A DNA stretch of 64,000 nucleotides, from positions 17,509 to 81,508 of the IMG/VR virus record IMGVR_UViG_3300044950_000375; one strand, given 5' to 3'. The DNA comes from a virus. Numbering within the stretch: position 1 is the first letter of the stretch; each line of letters starts with the position of its first letter. Shown one piece after another: positions 49,003-56,374 of this stretch. The translations under genes were made by a program, and so were the position numbers. The notes under the pieces were generated by a model. The model searched no databases and was not told the DNA's origin. It saw only the letters and a program-made list of their open reading frames with translations.

Positions 49003-50762
49003 TTCAAATACGCAATCTCACTGTTAAAAACTTCATGAGTGTGGGCGCAGCCACACAGGCCATTGACTTTGATCGCACGGACCTTACCTTGGTACTGGGA
49101 GAAAACTTGGATCTAGGTGGTGATGGATCACGCAACGGTACAGGCAAGACCACAATCATCAATGCATTGAGTTATGCCCTATACGGACAAGCACTTTCAA
49201 ACATCCGCAAAGACAATCTAGTAAACAAGACCAATGCCAAACACATGTTGGTCAGTTTAGACTTTCACATTAACGGCACAGACTACAAAATTGAGCGTGG
49301 ACGCAAACCAAACGTGCTCAAATTTTATGTGAACAACGAACACAAAGCCGCAGAGGACGAAGCACAAGGGGATTCAAGAGAAACACAAGATGCCATAGAA
49401 CGTATTATCGGCATGAGTCACGACATGTTCAAACATGTGCTGGCCTTAAACACCTACACCGAACCGTTCCTAAGTTTAAAAGCCAATGACCAACGCACCA
49501 TCATTGAGCAGTTGTTGGGCATTACCCTATTGAGTGAGCGTGCAGATCGCATCAAAGAACTCAACCGGCTGACCAAAGATGCTATCCAGGCAGAAGAGTT
49601 TAGAATCCGTGCTGTACAAGAAGCCAACAAGCGCATTGAAGAACAGATTGTCAGTTTAGAAAAACGCCGAACCATGTGGTTCAAAAAACAACAGGAAGAC
49701 TGTGCAGGATTTGAAACCGCCATTGGCGACCTTGAACACATTGACATTGATGCCGAAGTGCAGGCACACAGAAATTTAGAAGCGTTTCACATTAAGAAAA
49801 AAGCCATAGACGAGGCCAACCGATACATTCGACAGATTGCCGCAGATGATGTCAAGCAACAAAAACTGTTGGACAAGCTACGAACCGAAATTGCAGCCTT
49901 AGACGATCACAAGTGTCACTCATGTGGTCAGGACTTGCATGACAACAAACAGGACGAACTCAAGCAGGCCAAAGAAGAACTGCTTAAAGAAACTGCGTTG
50001 CAGATGTTGGCTAATGATACACAACGACAAGAACACCAAGATACACTGGCCAGTTTAGGAGAACTAGGTGTAGCGCCCACTGTGTTTTATGATACACTAG
50101 AAGATGCACTGAATCATCGCAACACTCTTAGCACCTTGCGCACTAGTTTGGATACACGAAAAACAGAATCTGATCCATACACAGAACAAATTGCAGACAT
50201 GCAAGGGCAAGCCTTACAAGTTGTAAGTTATGATCATTTGAATGAGCTCACTAGAGTGCAGGATCATCAGGACTTTTTGCTCAAACTGCTCACAAGCAAA
50301 GACTCATTTGTGCGCAAGAAGATTATCGAACAAAACTTGAGCTATCTCAATCAACGTCTAACACATTACTTGGATAGGATTGGACTGCCACATACAGTAA
50401 AGTTCATGAACGACTTGACAGTAAGCATCGAAGAACTGGGTCGTGAATTAGACTTTGACAACTTGAGTCGTGGCGAACGCAACAGATTGATTCTCTCCAT
50501 GTCATGGGCATTCCGTGACGTGTGGGAAAGTTTGTACTCGCCTATCAACTTGTTGTTCATTGACGAGATGATCGACAACGGCTTGGACACACAAGGTGTT
50601 GAGAATGCGCTGGGATTGCTGAAGAAGATGAGCCGCGAACGCCACAAGAGCATTTGGCTGGTGAGTCACAGAGATGAACTCACAAGCAGGGTAGAGAACA
50701 TTCTCAAAGTTGTCAAAGAAAACGGCTTTACTAGTTACAACACGGATGTAGAAATTGCGTAA
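48999..50762 (+). CDS. gp46: Recombination ATPase subunit (gp46, Rad50/SbcC-like)
   Basis: KNFMS, Walker A NGTGKT, CHSC zinc hook, LSRGE signature, Walker B LLFIDE, VSH. Confidence 0.92.
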   Translation: MIQIRNLTVKNFMSVGAATQAIDFDRTDLTLVLGENLDLGGDGSRNGTGKTTIINALSYALYGQALSNIRKDNLVNKTNAKHMLVSLDFHINGTDYKIERGRKPNVLKFYVNNEHKAAEDEAQGDSRETQDAIERIIGMSHDMFKHVLALNTYTEPFLSLKANDQRTIIEQLLGITLLSERADRIKELNRLTKDAIQAEEFRIRAVQEANKRIEEQIVSLEKRRTMWFKKQQEDCAGFETAIGDLEHIDIDAEVQAHRNLEAFHIKKKAIDEANRYIRQIAADDVKQQKLLDKLRTEIAALDDHKCHSCGQDLHDNKQDELKQAKEELLKETALQMLANDTQRQEHQDTLASLGELGVAPTVFYDTLEDALNHRNTLSTLRTSLDTRKTESDPYTEQIADMQGQALQVVSYDHLNELTRVQDHQDFLLKLLTSKDSFVRKKIIEQNLSYLNQRLTHYLDRIGLPHTVKFMNDLTVSIEELGRELDFDNLSRGERNRLILSMSWAFRDVWESLYSPINLLFIDEMIDNGLDTQGVENALGLLKKMSRERHKSIWLVSHRDELTSRVENILKVVKENGFTSYNTDVEIA

Positions 50763-51606
50763 GATCAAAGTATTACATCTTGAGCCCACTGACGTGTGCC
50801 AAGCTGCATGCCCGGCATGTGCTAGAGAAACTGACTCAAAGTTTCGCAAAGATCAAAAACATCATTTGACCATTGGGCACATACAACGACACTTTTCAGA
50901 CCGCAGAATCAAAAGCCTAGACAAAGTGTTCATGTGCGGCAACTATGGCGATCCAGCCGCAGGTGCGCATACTGGTGATATTTACAAATGGGTTCGACAG
51001 CTAAACCCCACAATCACACTTGGTATGAATACCAACGGTGCCATACAAAACACTTTCTGGTGGCATGAAATTGGACGCTTGTTCAATCAGCCCCGAGACT
51101 ATGTGGTATTCAGCATTGATGGGCTGGAAGATACCAATGGCGTGTATAGAAAAGGTGTGAGCTGGACCAAGCTCATGCAAAATGCACAAGCATTTATCGA
51201 AGCAGGTGGGTCAGCACACTGGGACATGTTGATCTATCAACACAACGAACATCAAGTGGATGAGTGCGAGCAGCTGGCTCGCGACATGGGTTTTAAGTGG
51301 TTCCGTGCCAAGGTCAGCAAACGACCATTGATCGGCAGACTGGAGTGGCCACGCAACTATCAAGCACACTCATTTGAAGGTGCTATAAAGTGTCATGCAC
51401 AGCAAGAAAAAAGTGCGTACATAGATGCTCGCGGCAATCTCAGCCCGTGTTGTTGGATAGGTGGCACACAAACAGATTTTGTTCGCACTGATTCTGTGGT
51501 GGACTTTTATCCAAAGAAACATGAGACTTGTGTTGCAACTTGCTCAACAGATCAATCACAAACGGCATTTTTAAATCAATGGCGCAAAGAAATTGAGTTA
51601 TGTTAG
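50755..51606 (+). CDS. Radical SAM protein with C-terminal twitch-like cysteines
   Basis: CQAACPAC, MCGNYGDP, NTNG and FSIDG motifs; C-terminal KC..YIDARGNLSPCC..CVATC. Confidence 0.85.
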   Translation: MRKIKVLHLEPTDVCQAACPACARETDSKFRKDQKHHLTIGHIQRHFSDRRIKSLDKVFMCGNYGDPAAGAHTGDIYKWVRQLNPTITLGMNTNGAIQNTFWWHEIGRLFNQPRDYVVFSIDGLEDTNGVYRKGVSWTKLMQNAQAFIEAGGSAHWDMLIYQHNEHQVDECEQLARDMGFKWFRAKVSKRPLIGRLEWPRNYQAHSFEGAIKCHAQQEKSAYIDARGNLSPCCWIGGTQTDFVRTDSVVDFYPKKHETCVATCSTDQSQTAFLNQWRKEIELC

Positions 51607-52610
51607 CAACTTGGCATTTTCACATTGAGATTTCCAGCAAGTGTACCTTGCGGTGTCCTCGGTGTGCCCGTCAAGAAGTACCCGATGGACTTGTGAACAC
51701 AGAACTAGATTTAGAATTTTTTAAACGTAACTTCACTCCTGAGTTTGTGAGAGCCAATGTAGAGAAGATTACATTCTGTGGTGATGATGGTGACCCTATC
51801 TATGCACATGATTTGATACCCGTAATTAGCTATCTTAAAAGTATAAAACCTGTTGAAATTGTCATTGTTACCAATGGATCACATAAAAAATTAACTTGGT
51901 GGACTCAATTGGGTACTTTGTTGGACTCAAAAGATAGTGTTCACTTTAGTATAGATGGATACGACAACGCCAGCAATAACTTGTATCGAGTAAACAGCGA
52001 TTATGACAGCATCATTGACGGTTTGCAAACATTACGTGGCATGAGTGATTGCCAAATTGTGTGGGCTGCCATTGCATTCAAGTTCAACGAACATCATATA
52101 GACACAATGAAAAAAGTTGCCCAACAACTTGGTGTGGACAGATTTCAATTGACCAAGAGCACAAAGTTTGGCAGTGTGTATCCATCGTATGGTGTTGACG
52201 ATCCACTTGAACCCAGCGTAAAATTTGTCAGCAGTTCACATCGCTTCGAACGTGAAGTTACCCCGCTAACAGAAGCAGGCGAATGGACTGCAATTCCACT
52301 CACAAACAACCGACTATTCAATCAAACTCAAAGTCGTAACGGTGTAACACCGTTATGCGAAATAGGCAACAAAGGATTGTACATTGATGCCCGCGGCAGG
52401 CTATTCCCTTGCTGTTGGGTGGCCAACAGATACAATCACAATTCAGACTGGCAACAACTAGCAAACAACTTTGATCTAAATACAAAAACACTAACAGACG
52501 TATTGTCAGATAACTTTTGGGCTAACGAGTTCCAAACTTTCAAATGGCAAGAATGTCAAACCAAATGCTCTAGTGCATTAGTTGACGAAAAATACGCCAC
52601 TTCTTGGTAA
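51600..52610 (+). CDS. Radical SAM protein with C-terminal twitch-like cysteines
   Basis: CTLRCPRC, FCGDDGDP, VTNG and FSIDG motifs; YIDARGRLFPCC..CQTKC; paralog of 50755..51606. Confidence 0.85.
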   Translation: MLATWHFHIEISSKCTLRCPRCARQEVPDGLVNTELDLEFFKRNFTPEFVRANVEKITFCGDDGDPIYAHDLIPVISYLKSIKPVEIVIVTNGSHKKLTWWTQLGTLLDSKDSVHFSIDGYDNASNNLYRVNSDYDSIIDGLQTLRGMSDCQIVWAAIAFKFNEHHIDTMKKVAQQLGVDRFQLTKSTKFGSVYPSYGVDDPLEPSVKFVSSSHRFEREVTPLTEAGEWTAIPLTNNRLFNQTQSRNGVTPLCEIGNKGLYIDARGRLFPCCWVANRYNHNSDWQQLANNFDLNTKTLTDVLSDNFWANEFQTFKWQECQTKCSSALVDEKYATSW

Positions 52611-52644
52611 AAGGACTAACTATAGCACATACGCAAAATCACAC

Positions 52645-53073
52645 ATGACATGGCTTTATCAAGATACCCCAATTGAGACACTGCCCGAAGAATGTGTAGG
52701 TTTTGTTTATCTAATCACAAATAATCTATCTGGACGCAAGTACATAGGCAAAAAATTAGCAAAGTTTAGCAAAACAACATACAAAATAGTCAAACAAAAG
52801 AACGGCACAAAGAAACGGAAGAAGATACGCTCAAAGATTGACTCAGATTGGAGAGAGTACTATGGGTCAAGCCCAGAATTAACCGCAGACGTAATCACTT
52901 TAGGCACCGAAAACTTTACCAGAGAAATACTTTACTATTGTAAATCAAAATCAGAATGTTCGTACATTGAAGCAAGAGAACAGTTCACAAGAAAAGTATT
53001 AGAATCAATAGATTATTACAACGGCCATATTCAAGTTCGTGTGCATGGCTCACACATCATAAACAAACTTTAA
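52645..53073 (+). CDS. Stand-alone GIY-YIG family endonuclease (~142 aa)
   Basis: GFVYLIT..KYIGKK (GIY-YIG), YYGSS, conserved E (YIEAREQ) and YYN; likely ATG at 52645 rather than the track start at 52582. Confidence 0.75.
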   Translation: MTWLYQDTPIETLPEECVGFVYLITNNLSGRKYIGKKLAKFSKTTYKIVKQKNGTKKRKKIRSKIDSDWREYYGSSPELTADVITLGTENFTREILYYCKSKSECSYIEAREQFTRKVLESIDYYNGHIQVRVHGSHIINKL

Positions 53074-53460
53074 TCACGACTCTGTGCTGAGTGTTTGACT
53101 CAGCCCCATTGAGGAACGGTGCAATACCCGGTCCAGACTTGGGCGTCAAAGGCAACTGTTAACTTAAGGCAGCAAATGGTTTGGGCTCTGTGAAAAAGCA
53201 ACCCATGCTCGTAGAATTTAGATCTATTCTGGATTACTAGGGTTCCGTTGATATGTGAAGCTAGAGTAGGGGGTACCGGTCAACCGCCTCCGCGTTGGAA
53301 ACAACAATCTCTTTAGAATAGATGACTGCGGTCACTCAGATGATGCATTCAATTCACCGTGCATACGGTGAATTATGACCACAGTATCTAGATGATACTA
53401 ATTCAAAGAAACAGTTAGTTGTTGAGCGATAGCGAAAACAACAGACTTGCGTAGCAAGTC
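53074..53460 (+). ncRNA. Candidate large structured non-coding RNA of unknown class
   Basis: 387 nt without an ORF of 60 aa or more in a gene-dense genome; at least seven hairpins or long-range helices identified by eye, including a GAAA tetraloop hairpin. Confidence 0.6.
53444..53460. terminator. Perfect hairpin GACTTGC-GTA-GCAAGTC between convergent transcription units
   Basis: 7-bp stem with a 3-nt loop abutting the stop codon at 53461; no clear U-tract. Confidence 0.35.
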
Positions 53461-54006
53461 TTAAAGTCTTCCATGCAATATCAAAGTAAGTCTTAAACAA
53501 TCTAATTTGTTTGGAGCATGACCAATATGGAATGCTTGACTATCAAATTCTATTAGTTTTCCTGGCTCTGGAAATTCTTGGTGAACGAGTTTTCCATCAA
53601 CTACAAAATCTGTAGTGCCTCCCCATGTGTTGTCCCATTCGGTATTCAAATACACCAAGTATGTTCGAAACGTTCCGTCAAGTGATAAGGTTGTATCAAG
53701 ATGTAGCTCTTGTTCTTGACCATATGTTTGGCCAGTTAGTGCATATCTCATGAGTTTGAAGTTGGGTCCAGCCAATTGATATATCTGTTCAAACAGTGTA
53801 TGCCATGGCTTGCGAACATTTTTTATATTGGGTTGATTCCCATACCATGAACTTTCGTCTGATTGCTGATAGGGAAGTAGCCCGTCAACAAGATAGTATC
53901 TCCAAAATTTATTTCTAAACATCCAATTTGCATTGCTTGTCAGTTCAGTATGCATTTGTTTTAGCGTAGCTGAATCTATAAATTGAGAATGTCGAGAAAA
54001 TATCAT
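53461..54006 (-). CDS. 2OG-Fe(II) oxygenase
   Basis: HLD (HxD), LVYLNTEWDNTWGGTTDF, distal H (FHIG) and R; likely ATG at 54006. Confidence 0.8.
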   Translation of the reverse strand: MIFSRHSQFIDSATLKQMHTELTSNANWMFRNKFWRYYLVDGLLPYQQSDESSWYGNQPNIKNVRKPWHTLFEQIYQLAGPNFKLMRYALTGQTYGQEQELHLDTTLSLDGTFRTYLVYLNTEWDNTWGGTTDFVVDGKLVHQEFPEPGKLIEFDSQAFHIGHAPNKLDCLRLTLILHGRL

Positions 54007-54341
54007 AGATTTTGATCCGGCCAATCTCTAAACAGGGCATGTTGAATTGTGCCTGAAACAAACTGATTGAATGACTTGTGTTTGTCTTCTAGTTCGCCTT
54101 TGAGTGGTGCTACTCGACGGAATGCTGAGTCCATTTGACCCATGTCCTTAAATTCCATGAGAATCATCCATTCGGGCATGTCTGCAATTGAACGAAATCC
54201 CATCTTGCAACGAGTGATTCTGTAGGATTCCATCTTGCCTTCAGAGATCAAATGATCAAAGAAACTTTTCATTCCGTTCACCCAGTCTAAGTCTGAAATG
54301 TCGCCTTCTTTGTCTGCCCAAATTGTATATAAGTCTGCCAT
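54003..54341 (-). CDS. Small dimeric alpha+beta barrel-like protein (DUF6614-like)
   Basis: YRITRCKMGF..PEWMILMEFKDMGQMDSAF pattern. Confidence 0.45.
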   Translation of the reverse strand: MADLYTIWADKEGDISDLDWVNGMKSFFDHLISEGKMESYRITRCKMGFRSIADMPEWMILMEFKDMGQMDSAFRRVAPLKGELEDKHKSFNQFVSGTIQHALFRDWPDQNL

Positions 54342-54343
54342 GT

Positions 54344-54778
54344 TTACTCCAGTGGTCCTAGTATTTCAAATCCCGCCATGTCGGATTTGTATAAGTGTGC
54401 TTGCTCAAGATACAGGTATTGAAATCCGCGTTCCTTGTAGATAGCACACTCTGTTTTCATTGTTTCTATGCCCAAACGCAACTTTGGATTGTTGTAGTTC
54501 CATGCAAATTGATCGCACAGAGCATTGTGATCATCGTAGCGTTTGATTAAACTAAACGCCACTAATTTATCTCGGTCGTAGTATCCAATGACGTCAGTCA
54601 TTTGATCTGTGTATCTGCTGTCAAATATGGGCATTACACTTGCAAAATGTTTGTATTTGCAGTAGTCTCTATAGATAGCATTTAACTGTTTGATATCGGG
54701 GTCAAACAAGTACTCCCACTTTACAGTTGGTACATAATTAGTTCTGCTTAGATCAATTCTTGCAAACTGATAGCTCAT
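54344..54778 (-). CDS. GNAT-fold protein resembling the arginyl/aminoacyl-tRNA-protein transferase (ATE/Bpt) C-terminal domain
   Basis: YYDRDKLVAFS..FAWNY..LRLGI...E..IYKERGFQYLYL..YK parallels the ATE_C pattern (KLVAV..SLG..EI..G..Y.YLG..YK). Confidence 0.5.
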   Translation of the reverse strand: MSYQFARIDLSRTNYVPTVKWEYLFDPDIKQLNAIYRDYCKYKHFASVMPIFDSRYTDQMTDVIGYYDRDKLVAFSLIKRYDDHNALCDQFAWNYNNPKLRLGIETMKTECAIYKERGFQYLYLEQAHLYKSDMAGFEILGPLE

Positions 54779-55275
54779 CGTGGATCCTTCCGATGTTCAA
54801 ACAGGCCTTGCAAGTACTCTTCTGGCCAGCCGTGATAGAACCCCTTCTCGGCCATTGTTCGAGCTCGAGCATCAAGATCACTAAGACTTTGCACTAGAGC
54901 CAGTGCGTATGTGCCTTGGTTCATGCACACACCATTCACCATCTCAACGTCTGCGGGATGATCCTCCAGTGCAAGAAGATCCTTGCGCAGTAAAAATTCT
55001 TTGTTGGCAATTTTCAAACTGTCACTAAACAACTCATATGGCCATTCTGCAGGATCATATGCATAGATTACCACTTCCCAGGTGCCCATGCCCCATCGAG
55101 CTTGATTTTTCAAATCAAAGTAAGGATGTACACCCACTCGCACATCGTAACTTTTTTTCATTCGTGCGGCTCTTGCATACGGACAAGGTGCCCAGCCGCC
55201 AAGAGCAGGATGTGGAACTTCCACAAAGTTCACAATCCACTGCTCAATATCGTGTTTAACTGTATCCGAGTCCAT
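54775..55275 (-). CDS. DUF1415-like hypothetical protein
   Basis: WIVNFVE..PCPYAR and DHP motifs. Confidence 0.4.
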   Translation of the reverse strand: MDSDTVKHDIEQWIVNFVEVPHPALGGWAPCPYARAARMKKSYDVRVGVHPYFDLKNQARWGMGTWEVVIYAYDPAEWPYELFSDSLKIANKEFLLRKDLLALEDHPADVEMVNGVCMNQGTYALALVQSLSDLDARARTMAEKGFYHGWPEEYLQGLFEHRKDPR

Positions 55276-55508
55276 TAGAAGAAAGGCAATCCTGATTTTT
55301 TGGTAGTTTCAATATTGTCTTTGGCTAGTTCAGCAATCATTCGTCGTTCGTTGCTGCTGAGTTGTAATACTTGTTCGTAAGTTATGCCGCCGCGCATGTG
55401 CCAGGCCAATTTGAATCCTTCTTCTCGAATTGAATTGGCCTCCTTTTCCATGCCTTCAATCATGTCATTGATTTGTTCTGCGCTTGCGGTCAGGAGGCGG
55501 CGCCGAAA
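55275..55508 (-). CDS. Small baseplate/tail assembly protein, probably expressed as a -1 frameshift extension of the upstream gene (alternative ATG at 55463)
   Basis: Open -1 frame entered at the slippery site AAATTTTTTC; WHMRGGITYEQVLQLSSNERRMI resembles the 'T'/gp51-like portion of tail chaperones. Confidence 0.6.
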   Translation of the reverse strand, partial: FRRRLLTASAEQINDMIEGMEKEANSIREEGFKLAWHMRGGITYEQVLQLSSNERRMIAELAKDNIETTKKSGLPFF

Positions 55509-56332
55509 AAATTTGCTGTATCCAAAGTAAAGTTTTGTTCGTATTCGTGTTCGCAATTGGAACATTTCATTTTTATTGGTTTAAATTCGTCATAGGTACG
55601 GATTTTGATTGCATGATCTCTAATCTCGCCGTACAATTGGCGATCACAATTCATTAGAAAGTCTTCAATAAATTCTGGTTCAGACACTAGAGCTTGCGGT
55701 GTTTTGATTCCAACAATGCTGCTTCTAATGGCTTTCACAGTGATCTTAGTAATCTGTTGAATAGCATCGTTTAGCATTTTGGTTTTTTGCTCTTCAGTCA
55801 AATCTGAATTTGGTAACTGTGCCAACACACGTTGTTGTTCAAATTGCAACAGGTTGATTTCAGTTTGCTTTTCGTATCCAACAGACTGAAAATAAATTTC
55901 AAGATCGCCGTGCTTGACAGATTCTGAAAAGTCTGGGGCTTCTAACGTGTCCAATAGATTTTTTAGATCCAATTCAAAATTATTTTCTGTAGAACATTTC
56001 TCACAAGTGGTGTCAACTTCCATCATTGGGCCATAACTGGCAATACGGATGGCTGTGAGAATAGTGTTTAGATCGCAGTTGGGCATGTTCCAAGCATTTT
56101 TAATGCTGGGTATGCAGCTTTGTACCACACTCACAATGGCTGCTCCGTTAAACAATGCATCTGGAGTGCGATAGGTAATTTCGTCCATGGCAGTCATGGG
56201 TAGAATTGGCAGTTCTCGATTGACTGGCATGTCTAAGCTGCCTGGCGGCCAAAATTGTCCATCACTGGGCAAGCGAATGTAAATGGCAGGTTGACGAAAA
56301 AACGCTCGTAGCGGGTTCAAAGATTGGGTCAT
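55490..56332 (-). CDS. Baseplate hub assembly protein / tail chaperone (T4 gp26-like)
   Basis: NPL..FRQP.IYIRLPS, MTAMDEI, D...IL.AIRIASYG, two CxxC pairs, C-terminal NFF. Confidence 0.75.
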   Translation of the reverse strand: MTQSLNPLRAFFRQPAIYIRLPSDGQFWPPGSLDMPVNRELPILPMTAMDEITYRTPDALFNGAAIVSVVQSCIPSIKNAWNMPNCDLNTILTAIRIASYGPMMEVDTTCEKCSTENNFELDLKNLLDTLEAPDFSESVKHGDLEIYFQSVGYEKQTEINLLQFEQQRVLAQLPNSDLTEEQKTKMLNDAIQQITKITVKAIRSSIVGIKTPQALVSEPEFIEDFLMNCDRQLYGEIRDHAIKIRTYDEFKPIKMKCSNCEHEYEQNFTLDTANFFGAAS

Positions 56333-56341
56333 TTTTTTACC

Positions 56342-56349
56342 TATAAATA
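56342..56349 (+). promoter_or_regulatory. T4-type late promoter TATAAATA
   Basis: Exact match in the 42-bp divergent gap upstream of the tape measure gene. Confidence 0.65.
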
Positions 56350-56374
56350 TACTTCTACTTATAGGTACTAAACT

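Noticed and set aside
53074-53460. Identification of the structured region as RNase P RNA, tmRNA, tRNA, or a group I/II intron
   Set aside because: GAGGAAC and AGAATAGATGACTG faintly recall RNase P, but GAGGAAAGUCC and the 3' ACAnAA..GCUUA element are missing. I see no tRNA-like ends, no group I P7 elements, no group II domain V, and no interrupted host gene.
55509-55565. Track start (MFQLRTR..) for the 96-aa ORF
   Set aside because: It lies inside the gp26-like gene; the -1 frameshift or the ATG at 55463 explains expression better.
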